Shown here one piece after another: positions 25,310 to 33,588 of a DNA stretch of 43,259 nt (position 1 is the first letter of the stretch; each line of letters starts with the position of its first letter). The notes beneath the pieces were generated by a model. That model had not been told where the DNA came from, made no database searches, and worked only from the letters and a program-made list of their open reading frames with translations. The position numbers were made by a program, and so were the translations under genes. The DNA lies in IMG/VR virus record IMGVR_UViG_3300049070_000048, positions 1-43,259 of that record; one strand, written 5' to 3'. Source of the DNA: a virus (taxonomy: Duplodnaviria > Caudoviricetes).

Positions 25310-26763
25310 GCGATAGCCTCCTTCAGCTTCTCAACACTCAGAGCCTTGCGGTAGTAGTCCTTTCCCTTCTCGTTTGGACCTTGCTTGGCGATGGCCCGAA
25401 GCCGTTCGACAACCTCGACGATAAACTTCTCATCCGTGGTCTTATCCTCTAGGAACCCGCAGAAGGGGCTTTGGATGTTGGAAACGACATGCCGACCCGC
25501 GAGAATCATCCGCTTGGCAGAACCGCTCATCGCTCGTTCGATGTAGAAGTGAAGTAGTCCCGTGCAGTCCTCAATCTTCTGGAAGCCCCTGGCGATTTCG
25601 ATATCCATGTCGGGCAGGGCTTTCTTGACCACGGCCAGGACGGCCCCATACTGTCCAGCCGCATCCACCAGGAACTTGGGGCGCTTAGGCATGGGGGCAG
25701 TTTCGTCGTTGTTGACGAGCGGGAGAGGAAGCACCTTGACTTGGAACCCGGCCCGCTCCATGATTCTCTGAGCCGCCTTGTCCTCGACGAACTGAATAGC
25801 CGCCGCGTTCAGCCGGGAGGAATACTCCTCCAGCGCGTGAAGGGAAATGGAATTGTAAATCTCGTCCACATTCTCCCGGGTCCAAAACAGCACTTTCTTA
25901 TGGATTGGCCCCCAGGCAAGAGCGTGGGTCTCGGCAATCTGAGGATTAAGGCTGAACCCAACCTGAATGATTGTCTTGTAATGATTTGGCTTGTCGTTGG
26001 GGCGGTCCATGTAATCCGCATCCATCAACTTAGCCAGGGCAATAGCGTCGTGCTTGGCCTCGATGGATGTCAGGCAAACGTCCCGCTGTGGAATCTTGTG
26101 CTTGGCCTTGACCTTGTCCATCCGCTCAAGCCATTTCTCAGGAGTGCAGCCTTTCCCGGAGATAGATTCAGGAGTCGGGTAGGCCGTGGAGAACGCATAC
26201 CCCTGTAGGAACATACCGACGCCACCACGAGAGACCACGCCCAACCAAAAATCCCAATCCTGCAAGGACTCCAGGCTCTCGTCCCATTCCCCCACAAGCT
26301 CACGCCGGACAGGGAAACAGGTGGAAATGTAGTTAGTGACCCTCAGGAGCCACGGGTCGAAGGGCTCGGAGTTGATTGCGCCCTTCTCGTCACTGAACTT
26401 GTACCCCGAATAGACGAATCCGATTCCTGGCTGTTTGTCTAGGATGTCCACCCACGCCTTAGCCGCGTGGGGCTCTATGGCAGAATCGCAATCCCAGAAC
26501 ACCACATAGGGCGTCTTGGAGGCGGCAAATCCAGTGTTCCTGGCCTTACACGCCCCGCCATGCTCCTGCTCGATGATTCGGTAATGGTTGGGCTTCTTCT
26601 TCATCGCCCGCTGGATGGTCTTGGCAGCATCTTCGTTCGGGCCGTCCAGAACGAACACCGCTTCCCAATCGGTCAGGGATTGTTCGGTCAGAGATTTCAG
26701 GCACCGCTCAAAGTGCTTCTGGTCGGGCTTATAGACGGGGACGATAAAGGTGAGCTTAGACAT
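25306..26763 (-). CDS. GT2 glycosyltransferase with extra C-terminal domain
   Basis: FIVPVYK, VLDG, ARNTG, WDCD, LQDWDFW. Confidence 0.88.
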   Translation of the reverse strand: MSKLTFIVPVYKPDQKHFERCLKSLTEQSLTDWEAVFVLDGPNEDAAKTIQRAMKKKPNHYRIIEQEHGGACKARNTGFAASKTPYVVFWDCDSAIEPHAAKAWVDILDKQPGIGFVYSGYKFSDEKGAINSEPFDPWLLRVTNYISTCFPVRRELVGEWDESLESLQDWDFWLGVVSRGGVGMFLQGYAFSTAYPTPESISGKGCTPEKWLERMDKVKAKHKIPQRDVCLTSIEAKHDAIALAKLMDADYMDRPNDKPNHYKTIIQVGFSLNPQIAETHALAWGPIHKKVLFWTRENVDEIYNSISLHALEEYSSRLNAAAIQFVEDKAAQRIMERAGFQVKVLPLPLVNNDETAPMPKRPKFLVDAAGQYGAVLAVVKKALPDMDIEIARGFQKIEDCTGLLHFYIERAMSGSAKRMILAGRHVVSNIQSPFCGFLEDKTTDEKFIVEVVERLRAIAKQGPNEKGKDYYRKALSVEKLKEAIA

Positions 26764-27565
26764 GAACGGTGGCGGTCTCCTTGATGGCGTCTTTCCAGGT
26801 GTTGAAAATTGCGGGGTACTCAGCGGGGATGAAATCGAATCGGCTCCCGGCAAATTCGCCGCTCTTTAGCGTGACGCGGGGGTGAATCCCGGCAAGAACG
26901 GGGCAATCCTCGGGCCTGCGCTTCTGGTTCTCCAGACACGCAATCATCCGGGAATATCGGCGGGCGAAGGGCCGCACATCGGAGAAATGAAGAAGCTTTA
27001 ACCCGGAGTCCTTGACTTCGTATGGATAGCGCGAGAAATCGGCCCCGAAATGCTCCCTGGACTTGCCGACAATCGCGGTCGGGTAAACATCCTCGTTCGC
27101 GGCCCCATAATGACCGTGATAAACAAGGTCGAGATTCGTTCGATGGATGTTCTTCCAGGACCCTCCCCGTCCCTTGATTTCGTAGAGAGGCCCGCCCGGC
27201 TCCCCGGCGAAGGAGCGCATGTGCGTTGAGTAGGCAACCCCCTCCGACAGGTTGCGAACGGCCTCCGGGTTTTCGGCAATCTGGTCTGGATGCAGGAAGA
27301 AGGCCCAGTCTGCGGTCACCTTCCCAAGCGCCGCATTGAATGCCCGCACATAGTCGCCACGAAGGTCCCTGGGGTCGTCGTTATAGACGACGATTTTATG
27401 GCCGTGCGGGTGCTTGCTGGCGAAGGAGAGGATGGTTTCCAGAGTCCCGTCAGTAGAACCGCCATCGGCAAAGACCATCTGGTCTAAGTGCGGGAGCCAG
27501 TTGGCAAGATGCGGGCCAATCCAAAAGTTCTCGTTCTTTACCAGGATGAAGCTACCGATAGTCAT
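26756..27565 (-). CDS. GT2-like glycosyltransferase
   Basis: ILVKNE, ADGGSTDGT, FLHPD. Confidence 0.85.
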   Translation of the reverse strand: MTIGSFILVKNENFWIGPHLANWLPHLDQMVFADGGSTDGTLETILSFASKHPHGHKIVVYNDDPRDLRGDYVRAFNAALGKVTADWAFFLHPDQIAENPEAVRNLSEGVAYSTHMRSFAGEPGGPLYEIKGRGGSWKNIHRTNLDLVYHGHYGAANEDVYPTAIVGKSREHFGADFSRYPYEVKDSGLKLLHFSDVRPFARRYSRMIACLENQKRRPEDCPVLAGIHPRVTLKSGEFAGSRFDFIPAEYPAIFNTWKDAIKETATVHV

Positions 27566-28092
27566 TTGATGGCCACGCAATTGAGAGAGATTGGCTTTCC
27601 ATCCAGCGTTGAGACCTTCCGTGAACAGTCCAGAGGATGCCCAACGGGGAAGTCCTCAACCCTGGAAACCTCATAGAATCCGGCCAGGAGTAGGAGCTTT
27701 CGCAGTCTCCCCTCGTCGAATCCTGCGTAGTGGAACGCAGTCGGATAGATTTGGTCCCCCCAAAGGAAATTCTGGACCCAATCATTAAGGCCGCATCTCT
27801 TGTAGAGGTCCACGGTCCGGGCGAAATCAGGAACGGCGACATAGAGAATCCCGCCCTTCTCTAAGACCCGATGCCACTCCTTCAACACCTTCATGGTCTG
27901 CGGATGCGGGAAATGCTCCAGGCAGTGGGAGGCATAGATTTCCGACACTGACCCGTCAGCGTAGCGAGAGAGGTCCGAGATATCCCCCACCACATCAACG
28001 CCTTCGTGCTTATCGCAATCCATGCCGATAAAACCGTGGATAGCCCGGTCACGGGAGCCGAGATTTAGTTTTACGGCGGTCTTAGTGTCCAT
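27562..28092 (-). CDS. Class I SAM-dependent methyltransferase (type 11)
   Basis: KLNLGS, IYASHCLEHF, WHRVLEKGGILYVAVPD. Confidence 0.88.
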   Translation of the reverse strand: MDTKTAVKLNLGSRDRAIHGFIGMDCDKHEGVDVVGDISDLSRYADGSVSEIYASHCLEHFPHPQTMKVLKEWHRVLEKGGILYVAVPDFARTVDLYKRCGLNDWVQNFLWGDQIYPTAFHYAGFDEGRLRKLLLLAGFYEVSRVEDFPVGHPLDCSRKVSTLDGKPISLNCVAIK

Positions 28093-28246
28093 GCTTCTCT
28101 AGTGCGTCCGCGATTCTCCCGGCGTTCTTTGAAAGCTGGATGTCTGAGCGGCACTTCTCTAGGAAGGTCGGGGCGACGAAGGCGACGGCTCCAACGCCAA
28201 TCCCAAATCCGAATCCAAAGGCGGCGGCGATGATTCCGGCCTTCAA
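28082..28246 (-). CDS. small membrane protein (54 aa)
   Basis: Read by hand: MKAGIIAAAFGFGFGIGVGAVAFVAP...; coupled. Confidence 0.55.
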   Translation of the reverse strand: MKAGIIAAAFGFGFGIGVGAVAFVAPTFLEKCRSDIQLSKNAGRIADALEKHGH

Positions 28247-28410
28247 GTCCCCCTCCTCCGATTCAGTTCCGCTATCCGCTGCTCCCGGTACTGCTTTGCC
28301 ACTTCCCAGGCAATCCCAACCCCAAAGAACACCAGTACAGAGGCGGTCCCTAGAATCACCACAGCGGTGAAAACGGGCCAGTCCAGCCAGGAAAGGTTGA
28401 GCCTCTCCAT
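28243..28410 (-). CDS. small single-pass membrane protein
   Basis: WPVFTAVVILGTASVLVFFGVGIAW. Confidence 0.6.
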   Translation of the reverse strand: MERLNLSWLDWPVFTAVVILGTASVLVFFGVGIAWEVAKQYREQRIAELNRRRGT

Positions 28411-28790
28411 CAGTTGAGGGCGCAGGAGACTTCCGCTCCGCCCGCGGCGGTCTTGCTCGATACGATGACCCACGCCCCCGCGTTGGTCCCGGTGCTGATA
28501 CACAGTGCGGGCTTGGTGATGTTCACGACGAGATAACCGGATGCGGCGGGGACAAGGGTGGAAAGCTGCGTGGAGGTTTTAAGTCCAATCGTGGCCTGCC
28601 CCTGAATCACCGTATTCCCGGTATCGGTAAGACCAGCCACGGAAAAACTGCCGTTGGAATCCCGATAAGGGATGGTCAATGCCGTAGCCTCAGAATCCGC
28701 CGTGACATTAGACGCCGGGTTGACCGTGATGGCATACCCGACGACTGCGAAAACGAACAGCCCGAAAACCGCCAGCGCAAACTTTTTCAT
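28410..28790 (-). CDS. Putative capsid decoration/fibre protein with Sec signal peptide
   Basis: MKKFALAVFGLFVFAVVGYA|; immediately after the capsid gene; strong RBS. Confidence 0.6.
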   Translation of the reverse strand: MKKFALAVFGLFVFAVVGYAITVNPASNVTADSEATALTIPYRDSNGSFSVAGLTDTGNTVIQGQATIGLKTSTQLSTLVPAASGYLVVNITKPALCISTGTNAGAWVIVSSKTAAGGAEVSCALN

Positions 28791-28816
28791 TCTCCCTCCG
28801 TTTCGTGACTCCTAGA

Positions 28817-28848
28817 CTGCCCCCGGACCCGGCCGAGCCCAGGGGCAG
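28817..28848 (-). terminator. GC-rich stem-loop after the capsid gene (no U-tract; attenuator or mRNA stabiliser)
   Basis: CTGCCCC...GGGGCAG inverted repeat. Confidence 0.45.
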
Positions 28849-28866
28849 AAACGAATCACGCTACCG

Positions 28867-29961
28867 TCACACCAGCTCGTGAGTCAGCAGGTGGACGCCA
28901 GCCGACGGGTCAAGCACCGCTCCAATCATGCGGACCTTGAACGCGACGAACGAGTTCAAGTGGAACGGGTCATTGGTGGACTGCGGACCCGGGCGCGTGA
29001 TGATGTAGCGCACCGACCCGCCGAGTTCGACAGCCGCCAGACAGCCCATGCCAAAGATGGTCGTCACATTGACGGAGTGAGCGGCCACCGCGTAGCGGGG
29101 CTGGTTGTTGGACTGAATGAACCGCACATTATGAACGGACACGGGCAGTTCGTTCTTGTACATCGTCTGGCGCGGGCCCTCGTTGTAGTTGATGATGTAC
29201 TGCTTGAAGTCCGAGTTCCCGAACATCGTCGCCTTCGCGTTGGGATGGATGATGCCGACATAGGTACCATCGCCCATCGGAGGGACATTAAGGCGCTCCA
29301 GACGAGCGACGGCCTTACGGACACCGATGGGGCCCATGCGCGCCGAGATGGAAGGCGCCGTGGAGCTAACGGCCGACAGGCGAGTGACAGACGGCCCGAA
29401 CACCACGGGCAGACCCCACTGCAAGCGGCCAGCCTCAGCCGTGCCCGTGTTAGCGCAGAAAGACGACGCGCGGGCAGACATGAGGGCAGACAGCAGCTTG
29501 GTCTTAGTGTCCGCCAACTGGCCAACCTGGAGGCGTCCCGCAGTACCGGAGCCCTTGAACACCGCGTACTGGAGCGCGTTGTCGATGGTCAGCGCGGCGG
29601 AATCCTCGATGCGACGGAGCGCACCCTCATCCACATTGAGGACGGAAGTCTCCTGGAGGAGGTCGGTCAGCTTGACGGTGCGGCCCAGGGAGACAACAGT
29701 CACATTCACCTTGCGCGAGGACAGGGAAACGGCGGCGTTACCCGAAGCCTCAGCGAGGAACGAGGACGCAGCAGCCAGCCTGCGCCATGCGTTGAAGGTA
29801 ATCTGCTGTCCGGAACCCTGGGGGATGGGGCGAATCTCGCCCGACATCTTGGCGACTTGGTAGTACCACACCTTGTCGTCCAGGGTCTTTAGAGCCCGCC
29901 TCTCGAAATACGACATCAAGAGGTTGTCGTTGTTTACGATTGAAGTATTCTGGTCGGCCAC
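28867..29961 (-). CDS. Major capsid protein (N4 gp56-like, HK97 fold)
   Basis: GQQITF..L.E, GRTVKLTD, YVGIIHP, VRFIQS pattern; follows scaffold; strongly biased codons. Confidence 0.88.
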   Translation of the reverse strand: MADQNTSIVNNDNLLMSYFERRALKTLDDKVWYYQVAKMSGEIRPIPQGSGQQITFNAWRRLAAASSFLAEASGNAAVSLSSRKVNVTVVSLGRTVKLTDLLQETSVLNVDEGALRRIEDSAALTIDNALQYAVFKGSGTAGRLQVGQLADTKTKLLSALMSARASSFCANTGTAEAGRLQWGLPVVFGPSVTRLSAVSSTAPSISARMGPIGVRKAVARLERLNVPPMGDGTYVGIIHPNAKATMFGNSDFKQYIINYNEGPRQTMYKNELPVSVHNVRFIQSNNQPRYAVAAHSVNVTTIFGMGCLAAVELGGSVRYIITRPGPQSTNDPFHLNSFVAFKVRMIGAVLDPSAGVHLLTHELV

Positions 29962-29980
29962 TTATCTCACGAATCCCGTT

Positions 29981-31012
29981 TTAGAGTTTGAAGCCCCTCT
30001 TAGCCCAAAACTCAGCCTCGGCCTTGGGTCCGAGAGAAGCCGCATATCGGCTAATCTCGTCCACGGACATGGCATTGAAGTTGGGTTCAGCGGACTTCAC
30101 GACGACTCGCGGGGCCGGACCAACTGGCGTAGGCGGTGCCTTCGCTGCGGGTCCCTTGGGAGTTGGATTCGTAACCTGCCCGGTGAGTCGCTGATTCATC
30201 GCTTGGTCAGCGAGGTATTCACGATAGGCCGTAGTCCACGGGGTCTTGGAAGCGTTCACATGCGGACGGGACTGGCGAATCTCAGAAAGGACCTTGACTC
30301 CTTCCGGGGACAACACCCAATCATCCGTCTGTGCAATCTTCTCCAACTCCGTGCGGCGGTCCTGCATGTCAAGCCGCTCCCGAATGTCCGCAGTGACGGA
30401 CAACTCGGCGGCGTGACGGGCCTCTAGTCCCTGGGCCATCACCTGCGCCTGAGCGACGGCCAGCCTGGGGTCAAGCGTCAGACCCTGAGCAGCCGCCTTG
30501 TTAATCAGGTCCTGGGCCATGGCGTGTTCCAGGGGAGACAGGGGCGTATTTTGCGGGACAGCCTGCGCCGGGGGCTGAGTGGGAGCGGGGTTTTTGAGGG
30601 CGGCAACCTCGTTTTGTTTCTGCCGCAACTGCCGCTCAATCTCAGCGTACTTGGCGAGTGCCTCCTCGGCGTTGACAGTGGACTTCGCAACCTTCTCCTC
30701 GTTTACCGTCCCGTCCGGGTTCAAGAACTTCACTGGGACCGGAGTTGCCGGGGTCGTGGCCGATTGCTCGGGCTCGACGGTCCTAGGGATTTCAGGAACG
30801 ACAGGCGGGGCCTGAACGGCAGCAGGGGCGACGGTGCCCTGCTCTGCGGCGAGCTTTGCAAGGTCGGACATGAGGTCGCCGGACTTAAACGACAAGTCCG
30901 CAGGAACGGCGGGGGCGGGCTGTTGCGGGACAACAGATTCCGGAACAGGAATGCTCACATTCCCCTTAGCGTCCGCCGTCACTTCTACAGTCTCAACCTC
31001 TAGACCATCCAT
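29981..31012 (-). CDS. Scaffolding protein
   Basis: Pro/Ala-rich with coiled coil, directly upstream of the capsid gene. Confidence 0.7.
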   Translation of the reverse strand: MDGLEVETVEVTADAKGNVSIPVPESVVPQQPAPAVPADLSFKSGDLMSDLAKLAAEQGTVAPAAVQAPPVVPEIPRTVEPEQSATTPATPVPVKFLNPDGTVNEEKVAKSTVNAEEALAKYAEIERQLRQKQNEVAALKNPAPTQPPAQAVPQNTPLSPLEHAMAQDLINKAAAQGLTLDPRLAVAQAQVMAQGLEARHAAELSVTADIRERLDMQDRRTELEKIAQTDDWVLSPEGVKVLSEIRQSRPHVNASKTPWTTAYREYLADQAMNQRLTGQVTNPTPKGPAAKAPPTPVGPAPRVVVKSAEPNFNAMSVDEISRYAASLGPKAEAEFWAKRGFKL

Positions 31013-31045
31013 GCTCTACTCTCCTTTGGGTTGTGACCTATCCGG

Positions 31046-31309
31046 TCAGCCCTTACGAACCTCTGCCCTTGCGGGTTGAGAGGAAATCTGTTGCGCCTCT
31101 AGCAGGGACTCTTTGAAGTCCTCCAAGGCGCTGTGCCGGGCGGCGAGGGACACGGCCTTCTTCCCGGTCAAGGTGTCAGGACGCTTGGCCATGATGTTTA
31201 GAAGCTCGTTCTTGGGCTCATTCATCTGCTCATTGAGCATGAGGAACAGGTCCCGGCTCCCTGGGTGGTTGAACAGGTCCCGCAGACGAGCCGCCCGGTC
31301 ACTGTCCAT
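31046..31309 (-). CDS. small head-assembly hypothetical protein
   Basis: LRDLFNHPG motif, between portal and scaffold. Confidence 0.6.
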   Translation of the reverse strand: MDSDRAARLRDLFNHPGSRDLFLMLNEQMNEPKNELLNIMAKRPDTLTGKKAVSLAARHSALEDFKESLLEAQQISSQPARAEVRKG

Positions 31310-33197
31310 TGGGCTCCTTCTTCGGAGCAGGCTTACCTTCCTGCGCCGCCTGCTGCTGGGCCATCATCCCCGTTGCCATTTCCTCAGCCTTCATCACGAT
31401 TTGCATACCCTCGGCGTCTTGCAGAATGAACTGCGCGGGGTCTTCCTCTGACGCCTGGAGTTCGGCCTTGGCAAGCTCGACGCGGTTGAACCACGGGGCC
31501 ATGCCGAACTGGGCATCAATCTGAGCAAGGCGGGCCTGCCTCATGGCCTTGTTCTCCATCGTGTATATGCCCTGGGGGATGTACTTGTAGGTACGCTCCA
31601 CTTCTTCGGGAATCATCGGAACGAAGAAAGCGGCCCTCTCAGGTCCAAGGACTTCCGCGTAATCCTCTGGCGTGTAGTTCTGGTAGATGAGCCTTAGATA
31701 GGCGTTGGTAATCTCTCGGATGAAGCCGAATTCTGAGAGCATCCCGATATAGGCCATCTTGTCGCCCGTGGCGGCCTTTAGCATCTCCTGCCCGCCTAGG
31801 GTCTGGTTGGCATCCTTGACCTGTCCGGAGGTCCCAAGGGTCGCACGGGTAATAGAGGTCCGCTCCTGCGCGATTCTCTCCCACTCCTGGGGCTCGACAA
31901 AGGAAGTCCGGTCCACCGTCCCCATGTCCAAGCGGCCGATAGCCTGCTTGACATCCGTCAGGGCGATTCCAGAAGGTGCCTTTAGTCGTACAGCGCGGCG
32001 GCCGTCTTCGATGTCCTTGGGGTCAACGAGGTACTTCTCAATGACCGCGTACCTGTTCGTAAGGGACTGTGAACCGGCGTCCAACCGCTGATTGATGGTC
32101 TCAGAGGAGACAAGATGAACATCCTTAAGCATCTCCGAGATGCCCCGAGCGTAGAACTGGCCCGGGACAACCATGTAATCGTCTTTGTAAATCTGCGGCT
32201 CACCGTCGTAGGAGTCGTTTAGCTCGACGGAAACAACCGTCTTCTTGTGGAACCTGACGATGGCCGGAATCAGCTTGTCCGGGTCGTCGATGGGCTCGCC
32301 GTTGATGAGGACCCACTTCTTAGGCAGGCGGGCGAACAACTCGAAACAGGTAATGTTGGCCTGGTACTTCGTGCGCTCAACCGTGGCATCTGAAATCTGA
32401 CGGTCGGCCTGCACCATCCGCTTGCCCTGGTCTTCCTCGGTCTCCTCCGACTTGATGTGGGCGAGGGCCTCCTCAGCTTCTGGGAGGTAATACCCAGCCC
32501 TGACACCGTCCACAATCTCGCCATAGGTCGTGGAGTAGCGATAAGCGCAGGGATGGCCCTTGATTTTGAGTGCGCGGGGGTCAGGGAAGAAGTCCCAGAT
32601 TGAAATGTGTTCGAACTTCGTGCCCCGACAGACGACCACCTCCTGAATCTCCTCCGTATAGCCGATGACCTGACGTTGACCAGTCATAGCCCGCATGATG
32701 GAAGTCGGGTCGGTGACGGAGATGGGCTCAAACTGGGGGACCTTAACCTTACGGTCCTCGGTCACAGTCTCAAACCGAAGTCGGGAAAACCCGGAGCCGT
32801 ATGTCGCCTTGTCCATCAACTGCTTGTTCCGCTCCAGGTCGTAGCCGGACTTGTCTCGCTCGCGGATAACAAGTTCCTGTAGGTCCTGGGACATATCCAA
32901 CTCAGGAGGCATCTTGACCAGGGCCTTGAACTTGATTGGCGGCTGGGGGCCAACCTCGGTCTTGTAAAGCTGGGCTACTGCGTTCTCCAGGTGGGAGGCG
33001 GTGATGGGCCAGACGGCGGTGGACTGCCAGGGCTCCTTCTTAGCCGCGATGTCGGGGTCATAGATGCTGTCCGCGTTACGCTGCCACCGCTCCCATTGCG
33101 GCTCCCAACTGTTACGCCGCCACTCCGCCGAAGCGTCCTGAAACTTGACGCACCAGTCCAAAAGCTCTTTGAGCATCGTGGCGCGGTCCAACACCAC
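31299..33197 (-). CDS. Portal protein (podovirus type)
   Basis: 632 aa after TerL; ATYGSG, ISIWDFFPDP, FYARGISE, TLGG motifs. Confidence 0.88.
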   Translation of the reverse strand: MVLDRATMLKELLDWCVKFQDASAEWRRNSWEPQWERWQRNADSIYDPDIAAKKEPWQSTAVWPITASHLENAVAQLYKTEVGPQPPIKFKALVKMPPELDMSQDLQELVIRERDKSGYDLERNKQLMDKATYGSGFSRLRFETVTEDRKVKVPQFEPISVTDPTSIMRAMTGQRQVIGYTEEIQEVVVCRGTKFEHISIWDFFPDPRALKIKGHPCAYRYSTTYGEIVDGVRAGYYLPEAEEALAHIKSEETEEDQGKRMVQADRQISDATVERTKYQANITCFELFARLPKKWVLINGEPIDDPDKLIPAIVRFHKKTVVSVELNDSYDGEPQIYKDDYMVVPGQFYARGISEMLKDVHLVSSETINQRLDAGSQSLTNRYAVIEKYLVDPKDIEDGRRAVRLKAPSGIALTDVKQAIGRLDMGTVDRTSFVEPQEWERIAQERTSITRATLGTSGQVKDANQTLGGQEMLKAATGDKMAYIGMLSEFGFIREITNAYLRLIYQNYTPEDYAEVLGPERAAFFVPMIPEEVERTYKYIPQGIYTMENKAMRQARLAQIDAQFGMAPWFNRVELAKAELQASEEDPAQFILQDAEGMQIVMKAEEMATGMMAQQQAAQEGKPAPKKEPNGQ

Positions 33198-33214
33198 TTC
33201 GCCCTCTAGCTCGT

Positions 33215-33376
33215 TCAGGCGTCCTCCGGGGTGCCGTCTGGGTTCAGGTAGCGCACGTCATGACCGACATGGGAGCGAAGCTCACGCTTTGAGCCCAGGA
33301 GCCGCTTACAGGTCAAGCACTTGATTCCGTGGTGCCTCTTTGGCTTCTCTCGCTCCTGCTCGTAGATGACCCTCAC
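33215..33376 (-). CDS. small C2H2-like zinc-finger protein (53 aa)
   Basis: Read by hand: KCLTCKRLL...RSHVGH. Confidence 0.5.
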   Translation of the reverse strand: MRVIYEQEREKPKRHHGIKCLTCKRLLGSKRELRSHVGHDVRYLNPDGTPEDA

Positions 33377-33588
33377 TAGTCGGCCTGCCTGCGGCGCAAG
33401 ATGTCCTCGATGATGCCGATTGCCGCATTGGCCCGGTCCATGGCCGGGGCTAACTCCCCAGCGACATGTCCCGCGTACATGTTCACCAACGAGAGGGAGT
33501 GCCGGGAGGACTTCGCTGCCTCCACGGCACGAACGAGGTTGTTGGCTCTCTCCCGGGCCAACTCGGTGGCGTTCTCTTTCTTACCCAT
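33376..33588 (-). CDS. hypothetical protein
   Basis: MGKKENA start overlaps the TerL end. Confidence 0.6.
   Translation of the reverse strand: MGKKENATELARERANNLVRAVEAAKSSRHSLSLVNMYAGHVAGELAPAMDRANAAIGIIEDILRRRQAD

Noticed and set aside
28879-29892. 337-aa + strand ORF antisense to the capsid gene
   Set aside because: Shadow ORF produced by strong codon bias in a GC-rich, highly expressed gene
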